In this document: in pieces, positions 22,793 to 32,707 of the stretch
Layout: the number at the start of each line of letters is the position of its first letter
Position numbering within the stretch: position 1 is the first letter of the stretch
Virus record (IMG/VR): IMGVR_UViG_3300009545_000002
Coordinates: 9,388-73,387 of that record
Length of the DNA stretch: 64,000 bases
Origin: a virus
Reading direction: 5' to 3' (one strand)
Notes under the pieces: model-generated
What the model was told of the DNA's origin: nothing
Database searches by the model: none
The model's input: only the letters and a program-made list of their open reading frames with translations
Program-made: the position numbers and the translations under genes

Positions 22793-23362
22793 ATGCCAAC
22801 CTATCTTCCCCCACGCGTCGGCATCTCGCTCAGCGAGGCGCTGGCGGAGACCTACGCGCTCTCGAACGTCGACGAGCCGGTGCTGGTGACGCTCGAGATC
22901 CATCACCCGGACTTCCGGCTGCCGAGCGGTGCGCCGACGGCCGCGCGCGTCGTCAACGACTGGCAGAACCTGACGGCGACGCTCGAGGCCGGCGCGCCGC
23001 TCAACGCCGGCGAAGCGGTGCTGTTCACGGCCTGCCCGTTCACCTACACGAAGCCAGAGCAGACCGACAGCGGGGCGCCGGCGTCCGTCTCCATCGTCAT
23101 CGACAACGTCTCGCGGCAGCTGACCATGCTGCTCGACCAGGCGGCCGAATCGATGATTCCGGTGCTCGTCATCGAGCGCATCTACCTGCCGAGCGACACC
23201 AGCGCGCCGCACGAGATGCCGCCCACCAGCATGTACCTCTCCGCGCCGCAGATCACCCCGACCACCGTCACGCTGACGGCCAGCTTCGGCAACCTGACGA
23301 ACCGGCGTTTTCCCGGTGCCCGCTACAAGCGCAAGCAGTACGCCGCGCTGAGCAGTCGATGA
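22793..23362 (+). CDS. minor tail protein (DUF1833-like)
   Basis: TLEIHHPDF, IVIDNVSR, RIYLPSD, NRRFP. Confidence 0.82.
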   Translation: MPTYLPPRVGISLSEALAETYALSNVDEPVLVTLEIHHPDFRLPSGAPTAARVVNDWQNLTATLEAGAPLNAGEAVLFTACPFTYTKPEQTDSGAPASVSIVIDNVSRQLTMLLDQAAESMIPVLVIERIYLPSDTSAPHEMPPTSMYLSAPQITPTTVTLTASFGNLTNRRFPGARYKRKQYAALSSR

Positions 23363-23772
23363 TGGACCAGCCGCAAAAGCACTGGGCTGCGCGCTACATC
23401 GGGCTGCCGTGGGTGCTCGATGCGCAGGGCCCGGACGCCTACGACTGCTGGGCCCTGGTGCGTGCGGTGCAGCGCGATCATTTCGGGCGCACGCTGGCGC
23501 CGCTGGATGCCGGCATCGAGGCCGTCACGGCCGGCTGGCGGCTGCTCCTGAGCCTCGACAGCGGCGGCACCGAGGGCGACATCGTCGAGATGCGCAGTGC
23601 CCGCGGCCCGCACGTCGGCGTGCTCGTCTTCGCGGATGGCCGCTGGGGTGTGCTGCACGCGGTCGGCTTCCGGGATGGTGACGGCGTGGACCATGGCGAC
23701 GTGACGTTCACGCCGTTCCCCGACTTGATCGCCTTCGGCCTCGGGCGGGTTCGCATCTGGACACCGCAATGA
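23359..23772 (+). CDS. NlpC/P60-like tail assembly protein
   Basis: YIGLPW, AYDCWALV, HVGV, VLHA. Confidence 0.82.
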   Translation: MMDQPQKHWAARYIGLPWVLDAQGPDAYDCWALVRAVQRDHFGRTLAPLDAGIEAVTAGWRLLLSLDSGGTEGDIVEMRSARGPHVGVLVFADGRWGVLHAVGFRDGDGVDHGDVTFTPFPDLIAFGLGRVRIWTPQ

Positions 23773-26651
23773 ACAGCATCGCAGACGCCCCGCAACAGAT
23801 CCTGCTCGCGCAGCGGCCGCCGGTGTACGCCGTGGCCGACGGCATCGAGGTGCATCCGGGCATGTTCCAGCGCGTGCCGGACGGCGCGTCGATCGCGGAC
23901 CTCTGCCCGCCGGGCGTCTGGCTCTGCCACGCCAGCGGCGAATGGATCAGCCGCAACGACTGGTGGCAGCCGCCGCGAGGTGGCGATGTCATCGTCTTCT
24001 GCCGCGCGCCGACCGGCAAGGACGGGATCCGCGTGCTGCTGACGATCGCGGTGATCGTCGCCTCGATCTGGACCGGCGGCGCTGTCGGCGCGGCCTATGG
24101 CTCGGCCGCCTATGGCGCCGCCGCCGGCGCCGCGGTGTCGATCGTCGGCTCGGCGCTCGTCAACGCCCTGGTGCCGCTCGATGTCGGCAACCTGCAATCC
24201 AGCACCGACACCTCGCCCACGTACAGCGTCACCCTGCAGGGCAACCAGGCGCGCCTCGAGCAGGTCCAGCCGGTGCTCTACGGCTATAACAAGACCTACC
24301 CCGACTACGGGTGCCAGCCCTATTACCGCTTCGACAACCCTTCCTTCGATCAGTATCTCTTCGCCTGCCTCCAGGTCGGTCTCGGGCAGTACCAGGTTCT
24401 GCGCGTTTCGATCGACGACACGCCGCTCCAGAACTTCGAAGACATCGACTTCAAGATCGTCGGACCCGGACAGGCCATCACGTCGCTTGCCGACCAGACG
24501 CTGGTCGAAACGAACATCATCAGCGCCACCGAGGTCAGCGGGCAGACGATGGTCTACAACGTCTGGGTCGGCCCGTTCGTGGCGACCTCGCCGCAGCAGA
24601 CGGTCACGGTGATCGAGATTGACATCGTCTTTCCCTACGGCTTGCAGGGCCCGACGCCGAACTACGCCGTGTCCTGGCAGGTCCACGCGCGGGCCGTGAA
24701 CGACTTCGAGCAGGCCGTGGGCGTGTGGTTCTCGCTCGGCAACGAGACATACGCTGAAGCCAGCGCGAAGCCGATCCGCCTGACCTACCGCTATGCCGTC
24801 CCGGCGGCGCGCTATCAGGTGCGCGTGCGCCGCACCTCGACGCGCACCACCAACCCGGCGGAGCCGCACGACATCGCCTGGGCCGGTCTGCGCTGCACCC
24901 TCTCGCGGGCCGGCGTGGTGAACACCGACGCGACCTTCGTGGTTGTCAAGATGCGCGCCTCGGAGCAGCTCAACGGCCTGAGCGCGCGGCGCATCAGCGT
25001 GCTCAGCCAGCGCATGCTCCCGGTGTGGAACGGCAGCAGCTGGTCCGCGCCAGTTGCGACGCGCAGCATCGCGTGGGCCATGGCCGACGTGCTGCGCAAC
25101 ACGGTCTATGGGCGCGGCCTGAGCGACGCGCAGATCGACCTGCCCGCGTTGCTCGCGCTGGATGCGGTGTGGAGCGCGCGTCAAGACCATTTCGACTTCG
25201 TCTTCGACAGCGACAACGACACCTGGTCCGCCTTGGCCATCGTGCTGCGCGCCGGCCGGGCCGTGCCGTTGATCCGCGGCAGTCGATACACCGCGGTGCG
25301 CGATGCCTTGCAGACCCTGCCGGTGGCCGGCTACACGATGCGCAACATCACGCAGGGGACCTTCACCCTGAGCTACACGATGCCGGAACCGGACGAGGTC
25401 GACTGCATCCGCCTCGAGTACCAGGATTTCCGGGTGTGGGACTCGGCGCAGGCGGTAGCGCAGGTCGTCGGTGGATCGATCATCGGCTACGCGATCAACT
25501 TCGACGGCGACACGCCAGCCGGCGTCCCGGAGCCGGCGAACCCGGTGACGATCAAGATGCCCGGCATTCGCGGCGTCAGCCAGGCGCTCCGCGAGGCCGC
25601 CTACCGCCTGGCCGACCTGCGCTATCGCCGGCGGGTCGCCACGTTCACGTGCGAGATGGACGGACGCCTACCGGCCTTCGGCTCGCTGGTCAGCGTGGCG
25701 CACGACGTGCCCGACTGGGGCCAGAGCGGGGATCTGGTCGACTGGGACACGGACACGCTCACGGCGTACACCTCCGAACCGCTCGACTGGTCCGGCTCCG
25801 CGCCGTTCTTCATCCGCCTGCAGACACTCACCGGCGGCCTCACGGCGGCGATCACGGTCTCGCCGCTGTCCGGCGATGCGAGCGGCTGCGTGCTCGCTTC
25901 CAATCCTGGCTTCACGCCGTTGACGACCGACCCGTCGCGCGAGCGCACGCGCTACCTGTTCGGCCCGAGCTCGAAGTACGGGGCTGACTGCCGCGTGAAG
26001 GCGATCAAGCCGACCGGCCCGAGCGACAACACGCTGACCGTGGTGCTCGAGGACAACCGCGTGCATGCGGCCGACGCGCCCTGGCTGCCGGGCTCCGGCG
26101 TGCAGGATCCGATCAACGACGGCAGCGTCAGCCCGGACACCGACGCTGGCGATACCGGCGCCATGGTGGCGCTGTCGCTCTACAGCCTGGCGGCCGTCGG
26201 CGAGACCGACATCCCGACGCCGCCGCGCGTCACGTACACGCTGCGCTCCGACGGCGTCGTCGAGGTCAGTTCCTTCGGCGGCCACGGCACCTTGTCGGAC
26301 GCCACCCTGACCGCGCAATGGCTCAACCCGCAGCCGATCGCGCCGGCGATCGCCGGGACGTACCAGGCGCGCGCCACCGCGCTCACGGTCATCGGCCCGG
26401 CACCGGAGGGCGCGCTCAACACGTGGCAGCCGCTCAGCACGAGCCGCACCTGGGCCATCGAGGGCTACACCGAGACCATCAGCGGCGGCGGCGACAGCGG
26501 CTTCACGACCCTGTACTCCCAGCACATCGTCATCCTGTTGATCGAGATCCGCGACACCGCCGGCGTGGTGCAGGGCTCGGCGCGCATCTCGATGGTCGTG
26601 CAGCCTGCCGAGGGCGGCGGCGGCGAGGGCGACGGCGGCGGCGGTTTTTGA
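23769..26651 (+). CDS. TipJ-family host specificity/tail tip protein
   Basis: NQARL.QVQPVLYG, YQVRVRR, ATRSIAWAMAD; follows DUF1833 and NlpC. Confidence 0.88.
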   Translation: MNSIADAPQQILLAQRPPVYAVADGIEVHPGMFQRVPDGASIADLCPPGVWLCHASGEWISRNDWWQPPRGGDVIVFCRAPTGKDGIRVLLTIAVIVASIWTGGAVGAAYGSAAYGAAAGAAVSIVGSALVNALVPLDVGNLQSSTDTSPTYSVTLQGNQARLEQVQPVLYGYNKTYPDYGCQPYYRFDNPSFDQYLFACLQVGLGQYQVLRVSIDDTPLQNFEDIDFKIVGPGQAITSLADQTLVETNIISATEVSGQTMVYNVWVGPFVATSPQQTVTVIEIDIVFPYGLQGPTPNYAVSWQVHARAVNDFEQAVGVWFSLGNETYAEASAKPIRLTYRYAVPAARYQVRVRRTSTRTTNPAEPHDIAWAGLRCTLSRAGVVNTDATFVVVKMRASEQLNGLSARRISVLSQRMLPVWNGSSWSAPVATRSIAWAMADVLRNTVYGRGLSDAQIDLPALLALDAVWSARQDHFDFVFDSDNDTWSALAIVLRAGRAVPLIRGSRYTAVRDALQTLPVAGYTMRNITQGTFTLSYTMPEPDEVDCIRLEYQDFRVWDSAQAVAQVVGGSIIGYAINFDGDTPAGVPEPANPVTIKMPGIRGVSQALREAAYRLADLRYRRRVATFTCEMDGRLPAFGSLVSVAHDVPDWGQSGDLVDWDTDTLTAYTSEPLDWSGSAPFFIRLQTLTGGLTAAITVSPLSGDASGCVLASNPGFTPLTTDPSRERTRYLFGPSSKYGADCRVKAIKPTGPSDNTLTVVLEDNRVHAADAPWLPGSGVQDPINDGSVSPDTDAGDTGAMVALSLYSLAAVGETDIPTPPRVTYTLRSDGVVEVSSFGGHGTLSDATLTAQWLNPQPIAPAIAGTYQARATALTVIGPAPEGALNTWQPLSTSRTWAIEGYTETISGGGDSGFTTLYSQHIVILLIEIRDTAGVVQGSARISMVVQPAEGGGGEGDGGGGF

Positions 26652-26678
26652 CATCCACGAACGAGCGAGAGAGCAACC

Positions 26679-27137
26679 ATGTCTGACCTGACCAACTACG
26701 CGGAAAACAAGCTCATCGATCTGCTGATGCGCGCCGTAGACCCCGGCTTGCCCTCGAGCTGGTACATCGGTCTGCTGACCGCGATCACCGACGCCGAGGT
26801 CGGCACCGTGACCGAAGTCTCGGGCGGGTCCTATGCGCGCGTGGCGACTGTGCGAAGTCTTACCAGCTGGTGCGGCACGCAGGCTGCCGGCAGCACGACG
26901 AGCAGCAACGGCACCAGCGGCGTCTCCAGCAACAACGCCGCGCTGACCTTCCCGGCGCCGACGGCCGACTGGGGAACCATCGTCGGCGTCGGCCTCTATT
27001 CGGCTTCCACTGGCGGCACGCCGTGGGCAGTGCACGTGCTCGTCAATTCGGTCGGCGCCACCATCACGCGCGCGGTGCTGAGCGGCGATGCCGCACCGTT
27101 CTTCGACGTGGCGGCGCTGCGCTTCGCGCTCGATTGA
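26679..27137 (+). CDS. phage tail fibre-associated protein
   Basis: LTNYAENKL, EVSGGSYARV, TFPAPTADWGTI.GVGLYSASTGG. Confidence 0.75.
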   Translation: MSDLTNYAENKLIDLLMRAVDPGLPSSWYIGLLTAITDAEVGTVTEVSGGSYARVATVRSLTSWCGTQAAGSTTSSNGTSGVSSNNAALTFPAPTADWGTIVGVGLYSASTGGTPWAVHVLVNSVGATITRAVLSGDAAPFFDVAALRFALD

Positions 27138-27335
27138 CCGTGTGCTTTTGCCGTGATCAAGGTCACTGCCGGGGCAGAAACCTTCGAGCCGACTTGACCC
27201 AGATCAAGAAAGCGCCCTCTCGTGCTTAAGCACGCAAGCGCCAGGTCGATTGAACCGGTGCGCCATGTGGCGTTCTTATGTTGACGCCTCATGTCGAGTT
27301 CTACCGTAGCCGTCTTGCCTAGCCGCTTTTCCCCG

Positions 27336-27749
27336 ATGCTGGATACCCTCACCCAACAGATTGCAGGCATTGCCGGCGCAGTCACTGCCGCTGTCGGCGG
27401 GTTGGCGGTGATGCGGCGCCGGCTGAGCAGGGATCGAACCGAGATGACCAAGGACCGTGTCGAAAGCGACTTCTTCAAAGTGCTGCTCAAGGAGCGGGAC
27501 GAGGCCTTGGCCCAGGCGCGCGAGGCCTGGTTGGCGCGCCGCGTCGATGCGGAGTCGATCGCGAAGCTGACCGCTCAAAACTCCTACCAGCAGGCCGAAA
27601 TCGAGCGGCTCAAGCACGACTTCGCGGCGTTCAAGAGGTTGATCGTCCGGCTGTCTCCCTCGCTGCGCCCGTTCATGGAAAGTGAATTCGGCATCCCGAC
27701 CGACCTCAAGCCGGAGGTGCCCGCGGAGCTCCACACCGAACGAAAGTAG
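27336..27749 (+). CDS. lysis-cassette membrane protein (N-terminal TM plus coiled coil, holin-like)
   Basis: IAGIAGAVTAAVGGLAV TM segment then coiled coil; upstream of endolysin. Confidence 0.55.
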   Translation: MLDTLTQQIAGIAGAVTAAVGGLAVMRRRLSRDRTEMTKDRVESDFFKVLLKERDEALAQAREAWLARRVDAESIAKLTAQNSYQQAEIERLKHDFAAFKRLIVRLSPSLRPFMESEFGIPTDLKPEVPAELHTERK

Positions 27750-27755
27750 TCCACC

Positions 27756-28250
27756 ATGAGCCCGAACCTGCGCGCCTTCCTCGACATGATTGCCCACTCC
27801 GAGCTGGGCGCGGAGATCCTGGCCCAGAGCGACAACGGCTACAACGTGCTCGTGGGCTCGACGCCTGGCCATGTGCTCACGTTCTCGAGCTACGCGGATC
27901 ACCCGCGCCGGCGCATGTCGGTGACGATCAAGGCGCGGGACGGGGCGACTGCGATCATCGAGTCGACCGCGGCCGGGCGCTATCAGATCCTGCAAAGGTA
28001 CTTCGACGCCTACCGCATGAACCTCGGCTTGCCAGATTTCGGGCCTGGCTCGCAGGATCGGATCGCGGTGCAGATGATCCGCGAGTGCCGCGCGATCGCG
28101 AACATCGAGGCCGGCCAGTTCGAGACCGCCGTGCGGCAGTGCAGCAGCCGTTGGGCCTCGCTGCCCGGCGCTCCCTATGGCCAGCACGTGAACCCGCTTG
28201 CGCCGCTGCAGGCAGCCTACGTGGCGGCGGGCGGCACCGTCGTCGCTTGA
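27756..28250 (+). CDS. endolysin, lambda R-like lytic transglycosylase
   Basis: NLRAFLDMIAHSE, STAAGRYQ, DFGPGSQD, WASLPGAPYGQ. Confidence 0.95.
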   Translation: MSPNLRAFLDMIAHSELGAEILAQSDNGYNVLVGSTPGHVLTFSSYADHPRRRMSVTIKARDGATAIIESTAAGRYQILQRYFDAYRMNLGLPDFGPGSQDRIAVQMIRECRAIANIEAGQFETAVRQCSSRWASLPGAPYGQHVNPLAPLQAAYVAAGGTVVA

Positions 28251-28261
28251 GGACTCCGACC

Positions 28262-28864
28262 ATGAGCTTCGACCTGTCGACCGCGATTTCGAGCATCGCG
28301 CCCACGCTCGCCACGATGCTCGCCGGGCCGCTGGCCGGCACCGCCGTCACGGCATTGGAAGGCTGTTTCGGTCTCTCAGCTGGATCCGGTGTCCCTGGCA
28401 TCACCGCGGCGATTCAGGCCGGGCAGATGACGCCCGAGATCGTCGCGGCGATGCGCGCGGCCGACCAGCACCACGCCGAGGCGATGGGCCAGCAAGGGAT
28501 CGACCTGGTGCGCCTGAATGCGGACCACGACGCGGCGATGGAGACGAGCGCGGTGGCCGACCGCGACAGCGCGCGCAAGCTGCAGATCGCCAAGCCCTCG
28601 CCCTGGCCGGGCCTCCTGACGGCCTTGCTCACGGTGGCGGTGATCGGCGTCATTGCGGCGCGCATGACCGGGATGTCCCTGCCGAGCGATCCGGTCACCG
28701 TGCAGCTGATCGGGTCCTTGACGACCGGCTGGGGTCTGAGCCTTGCCTACTGGTTCGGCACCACGCGCGGCAGCCAGGAAACGCGCAACCTGCTCGCGCA
28801 GTCGGCCCCGACCGGCGTTGCGGCGGTGTCTATCTCATCGACCACCGGCGGCACGGCCCCGTAG
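28262..28864 (+). CDS. holin-like membrane protein
   Basis: IAPTLATMLAGPLAG, DRDSAR, TM segments, YWFGTTRGS. Confidence 0.7.
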   Translation: MSFDLSTAISSIAPTLATMLAGPLAGTAVTALEGCFGLSAGSGVPGITAAIQAGQMTPEIVAAMRAADQHHAEAMGQQGIDLVRLNADHDAAMETSAVADRDSARKLQIAKPSPWPGLLTALLTVAVIGVIAARMTGMSLPSDPVTVQLIGSLTTGWGLSLAYWFGTTRGSQETRNLLAQSAPTGVAAVSISSTTGGTAP

Positions 28865-28930
28865 GCTTGCCAGGATCACGCAGGAGGCGCGATCGGCTGG
28901 CGGGTGAGGGGTCGTGAGAGAATCGCGCCG

Positions 28931-29194
28931 TCATCGGATTGGTGTAGTCGGTAGCACGCCCGGTCCCGCAGTCGGAAAACCCGCTGCGCCGCTCGGTAGG
29001 GGAACGTTCAATTCGGTCACCGGTGACGCTTTGCGCGCGTTGACGGCCTGGAGCTCGAGCCAGCAGGCCGGGCAACGCCAGCGCCGCGAGATGTCAAGGT
29101 GGCTCCATCCCTTGGCTATCGCGGCGTCCTCGTCGGGCACCATGCGCTTGCAGCCGGCGGCGCAGGAGATCGGGTCGGGATCGCTCTGACTCAT
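28931..29194 (-). CDS. small Cys-rich hypothetical protein
   Basis: CAAGC and WRCPAC; AAAGGA RBS. Confidence 0.55.
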   Translation of the reverse strand: MSQSDPDPISCAAGCKRMVPDEDAAIAKGWSHLDISRRWRCPACWLELQAVNARKASPVTELNVPLPSGAAGFPTAGPGVLPTTPIR

Positions 29195-29211
29195 GGGTCA
29201 GTCCTTTGGGG

Positions 29212-29288
29212 TGGTTGCGGCGGATGGATTTGAACCACCGACCTCCGGGTTATGAGCCCGGCGCGCTGCCGGACTGCGCTACGCCACG
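29212..29288 (-). tRNA. initiator tRNA-fMet (CAT)
   Basis: Reverse complement CGTGGCG...CCGGG-CTCATAA-CCCGG...GGTTCAAATCC...CGCCGCA-ACCA: C1:A72 mismatch, three G:C pairs in anticodon stem, encoded CCA. Confidence 0.93.
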
Positions 29289-29481
29289 GGGCGGAAGTAT
29301 AGGGATCAGCGCTTCGGTGGTCTATGCAGATCGCGCGCAAGGACGGCGGCGACTTTCAGCCAAAAATCCCGGTGTTCTCCCGGGTCGTGAGCCATGGCAT
29401 GCCGCCTGCACATGGTGAGGGCCTGGTAGCCGAAGCGCAGGCGCCAGGACACCGCGGCCTCTTCGGCGGTGCGGCCCTTCT

Positions 29482-29727
29482 TCATTGCCGAAACAGCTGC
29501 CCGAGCTGCTCTTCGATGCTCTGTTGGATGTTCTGAATCGTCGCCCATTTGCCGGCAGGGAACCATTCAGGGCGGTCCGGTGCGCGCTTCGCAGCCTCGA
29601 CGATCAGCAGGGCGGTCGATACCTCGACGTAGGTTTGCACCAGCTCATCAGCATCATCAGCCGCGCGCATCATGTCGCGCAGCCCGTCGAGCGTGCGCGA
29701 GTGGCTGCTGAGCAAGACCGAGTCCAT
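29482..29727 (-). CDS. hypothetical protein
   Basis: Overlap-coupled ORF in leftward operon. Confidence 0.5.
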   Translation of the reverse strand: MDSVLLSSHSRTLDGLRDMMRAADDADELVQTYVEVSTALLIVEAAKRAPDRPEWFPAGKWATIQNIQQSIEEQLGQLFRQ

Positions 29728-29996
29728 CAAGCCCCCTCTTTGCGTATCGCCTGGACGGCGGCCATGCGGTATCGGATGAGCTGCATGCGGGCCTCCGCGG
29801 GCAGCGCGATGTACTCGTCGCCGCGCAACTCTCGCAGCGTCATGTCGTCGTTGAAGACGCACATCGTCGCGCAGAAGAGGCAGACCGCGATGTCGCCTGG
29901 GCCCGGCTTCTTTTGATCTTCGCTCGAGGCGTTGTCGGCGTGCTTGCCGCATGAAGGGCAGTGCGCCGCTTCGTTCGTGCCGAAGGTGTTCAGCAT
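29727..29996 (-). CDS. Zn-ribbon hypothetical protein
   Basis: CPSCGK and PGPGDIAVCLFC. Confidence 0.65.
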   Translation of the reverse strand: MLNTFGTNEAAHCPSCGKHADNASSEDQKKPGPGDIAVCLFCATMCVFNDDMTLRELRGDEYIALPAEARMQLIRYRMAAVQAIRKEGA

Positions 29997-30685
29997 GCCT
30001 GGGCCTCGGGCCAGATCTGCGCATCGAGCAGGGCTGTGGAGATAGCGCGCAGCCGGTCTAGCTCGCGCATCGCTGCATCGCCGCCCTCCTTGCGGTCTTG
30101 CTGCTCGCACTGCTCGACCAGGATATGCACGCCGCTCGCAATCGACTCGTCAACCTCGGCGCGCGTGGCCGGCCGGCCTTCCGCATACCACTCGATTGAC
30201 TCCGGCGGCCCGAAGCGGAAAAGCAGGCCTTCATTGCCTGGCTCGCCGCCGCGGCCGGCGCGGAACGCCTTGAAGGTCTTCGTCGTCCAGATCGCGATGC
30301 ACCCCGGGTTGCGCAGGATCGGGAAGCCGGCTTGATCGACTGCACCGGCTACCTCGCGGCGCTTCGCGTGCGGCCTGGTGATGAAGGGGCAGGCGGTGCA
30401 GGCGTAGCGGGCGCATTCGAGGTGCGAGGGCGGCTCGGAGATCGTGCCGGTGATGCTGCACATCGGGCCTATCACGAACGACTTGAACACGCCGAGCACG
30501 CCGCCGCACTGCCAGCACAAGCTGTGCTTCAGGGCAAGCGGAATCTTTTTGGCGTCCATCACGCGGTGATCCGGCTTGCCGTCGATCCAGTCGACAAAGA
30601 ACGGCACCGGAAAGCCGCGCTCGTCGATGTAGAGGCGCGACATCTTCGACGGCAGCGGCGGCAGGCCTGGGCGTAGCTTGTTCAT
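29990..30685 (-). CDS. Cys-rich hypothetical phage protein
   Basis: DERGFPVPFFV, LCWQCG, EPPSHLECARYACTACPF. Confidence 0.75.
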   Translation of the reverse strand: MNKLRPGLPPLPSKMSRLYIDERGFPVPFFVDWIDGKPDHRVMDAKKIPLALKHSLCWQCGGVLGVFKSFVIGPMCSITGTISEPPSHLECARYACTACPFITRPHAKRREVAGAVDQAGFPILRNPGCIAIWTTKTFKAFRAGRGGEPGNEGLLFRFGPPESIEWYAEGRPATRAEVDESIASGVHILVEQCEQQDRKEGGDAAMRELDRLRAISTALLDAQIWPEAQAC

Positions 30686-30891
30686 TTCGTGCTCCTGCCG
30701 GTCATCGCGGCTTCAGTGTTGGCGGCCTTGCACACGCCGCCGAGGGCCGCCGTGTTGTCGGTCGTGACCTTCAGGAACAGGCTTTCCGCGGTCGGGCCCT
30801 TGATGATCTCGAACGCATACCCGGACTGTTTCAGGTGGCGCTCGAAGATCGACAACTTCCACGAGTCGATGGCAATAACTCCGGATGACAT
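30682..30891 (-). CDS. hypothetical protein
   Basis: AAAGGA RBS; ATGA overlap with next gene. Confidence 0.6.
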   Translation of the reverse strand: MSSGVIAIDSWKLSIFERHLKQSGYAFEIIKGPTAESLFLKVTTDNTAALGGVCKAANTEAAMTGRSTK

Positions 30892-30908
30892 GGCGGTCCT
30901 TTCAGTGG

Positions 30909-31184
30909 TCACCGTGGCCTTGGGCCGCGAAAGTTTAGGGCTGCGAGACTGCCCCACAGCGCGGTCTGCAAGCCTGCGTTGATGAAGTCGACTGCCGTGT
31001 GGGCGACGAACAGCGCGACGATCGAAATGCCGGTCACGGCGAGCGCGCCCCACGCGATCTTGAGGCGCGAGTGCTCCATGTGGTTGGCCTCGCGCTCCAT
31101 GCGTTCGCGGACTTCTCTCAGCTTCGCGATCAGCTCGTCGAGCTCCGGCAGATGACCATCAGTTGATGGTTCGGTCTCGTCCAT
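30909..31184 (-). CDS. small membrane protein
   Basis: Two hydrophobic segments. Confidence 0.55.
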   Translation of the reverse strand: MDETEPSTDGHLPELDELIAKLREVRERMEREANHMEHSRLKIAWGALAVTGISIVALFVAHTAVDFINAGLQTALWGSLAALNFRGPRPR

Positions 31185-31578
31185 TCGCGGCCCCCTCGTT
31201 GTGCCCGCTGTCCTTCAGCACTGCGTCCAGATCGTCGCGTAGGCGCGTCAGGTAGGCCGCTGGAAAGGAGCGGCCCTGCAGCGCTTCGATGAGCCCCGCG
31301 CGCACGTCGTCGGTGTTGAGCATGCCGAGGGTCCGGCCGAGGGTCAGCATCAGCATTGCGACGCCGGCGCCCTGCGTCAGCTTGTCCGCGTTCGAGCGAA
31401 TCTCTTGCGCGACCACCTCCAGCCTATCCGGCAGCGACTCGTGCACTTCGAGCGGCCCCTGCACGCAGAACCCGCTGCCGTGCTCGCCTTCGACGACGAT
31501 CAGCACCACGCCCTTCGCCTTCGCGCCTTCGCGCGCTGCCGTGCATAGGCTGTCGTACACCCCTGGTCCGATCGGCAT
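31159..31578 (-). CDS. hypothetical protein
   Basis: AAGGA RBS; MPIGPGVYDSLCT. Confidence 0.6.
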   Translation of the reverse strand: MPIGPGVYDSLCTAAREGAKAKGVVLIVVEGEHGSGFCVQGPLEVHESLPDRLEVVAQEIRSNADKLTQGAGVAMLMLTLGRTLGMLNTDDVRAGLIEALQGRSFPAAYLTRLRDDLDAVLKDSGHNEGAANGRDRTIN

Positions 31579-31581
31579 GGC

Positions 31582-31803
31582 TCATTCCTTCCTGGTTGAT
31601 TCGAGTTCAGCGGCGAGCCGCATCCCCTGCGCGATGGTCACGCAGTCCGTTTTGTCTCGGCAGTGGATGACGCTTTGCAGCACCATGCCCTCGCTCATGC
31701 CGGCTTGCCTCGAGACGTCGATCGTGAAGATCCCGACCTTGACGTAGGGCCGCACTTCGCCGCACACGTGGCAGCGCAAGACAGCCGCCGTCGGATCGCT
31801 CAT
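31582..31803 (-). CDS. Zn-finger-like hypothetical protein
   Basis: CHVCGE and HCRDKTDC. Confidence 0.55.
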   Translation of the reverse strand: MSDPTAAVLRCHVCGEVRPYVKVGIFTIDVSRQAGMSEGMVLQSVIHCRDKTDCVTIAQGMRLAAELESTRKE

Positions 31804-32345
31804 ACGAAGTCCTTGAGCGAAATGTGAAGGCGCTGCGCGTCCCTGGCTTTGTCCCAGGTGTTCTTCGTGCCGCCGTCTTCCGGTACATCCCAGTCGCCGA
31901 ACGTGTAGGCGAGCAGCGAGTCGCAGCCCCTGGCCACGAGCGCATTGCGCGCGAACATGGCGCCGTAACCCTTGGCCGCCGGCTGCTCCGTCACCTCGGC
32001 CCCCTTGGCGATTGCCTGCGCGATCTCGGCGATGCCGTCGACGCGTGTGGCCTGCTTGAAGCGGGCGTGATAGTAGTTCGCCACCGAGCCCGCGCTGGCG
32101 TTCTTCGGTCCGGCGAACTGCCCATCCACCAGCGGCGCCGGCAGGTGAAGAACCAGGTGCTGCACGTCGCCATCGAGGTAGAGGCGCACCGCGAGATGGT
32201 CTGCCCACGCCGCGCCGCCTGATACCAACGTGTCGGTGGAGCTCACGCGAGCCTTCGCATCAGCGAGCATCGCGCGCCACAGCTCGGCTGTCATCGGACG
32301 GTTCTTGTCTCGGCCCGCGGTGCCGATGATGGCGACCACCCTCAC
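31800..32345 (-). CDS. SLOG/YspA-DprA-like nucleotide-binding protein
   Basis: VAIIGTAGR, LVSGGAAWAD, FARNALVA, GGTKNTW. Confidence 0.7.
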   Translation of the reverse strand: MRVVAIIGTAGRDKNRPMTAELWRAMLADAKARVSSTDTLVSGGAAWADHLAVRLYLDGDVQHLVLHLPAPLVDGQFAGPKNASAGSVANYYHARFKQATRVDGIAEIAQAIAKGAEVTEQPAAKGYGAMFARNALVARGCDSLLAYTFGDWDVPEDGGTKNTWDKARDAQRLHISLKDFV

Positions 32346-32707
32346 AGCGTCGGCTTCCCTCGCACGGTGAGCACCGCGCCGCTCTTGTCCTGCAGGCGCT
32401 TCAGCATCGCGCGCAGCCGCTGCTCTTCCTTCTTCAGCGCGTGCACCCGCTCGGTCACTTCCTTGACCTGGTTCTGCACCTGTCGGTAGCTGGACCAGGC
32501 GCTCTCGATCGTGCGCGCGTTCGACAGCAGGAAGCTGAACGGGTCGAGCGTCGCGCCGCACTTCAGGTTGGCGCAGATCACGGTGCGGTTGTGCTGGTCG
32601 AGCAGCACTGCCTCATGGCTGCAGTATTCCGGGTGCCGCGGCGCGATGGCCAGCGGGTTCTCCGGCAGGGTGTGGCCTGGGAAGGCCTTGATGATGTCGT
32701 CGCTCAT
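32342..32707 (-). CDS. Zn-binding coiled-coil hypothetical protein
   Basis: CSH and CANLKCG..LDPF. Confidence 0.65.
   Translation of the reverse strand: MSDDIIKAFPGHTLPENPLAIAPRHPEYCSHEAVLLDQHNRTVICANLKCGATLDPFSFLLSNARTIESAWSSYRQVQNQVKEVTERVHALKKEEQRLRAMLKRLQDKSGAVLTVRGKPTL

Noticed and set aside
27140-27330. Possible c-di-GMP riboswitch-like sequence (GGTCAC...GGGCAGAAACC)
   Set aside because: Only superficial similarity; the required paired stems could not be built
29206-29418. Plus-strand ORF MGWLRRMDLNHRPPGYEP
   Set aside because: Antisense translation of the tRNA
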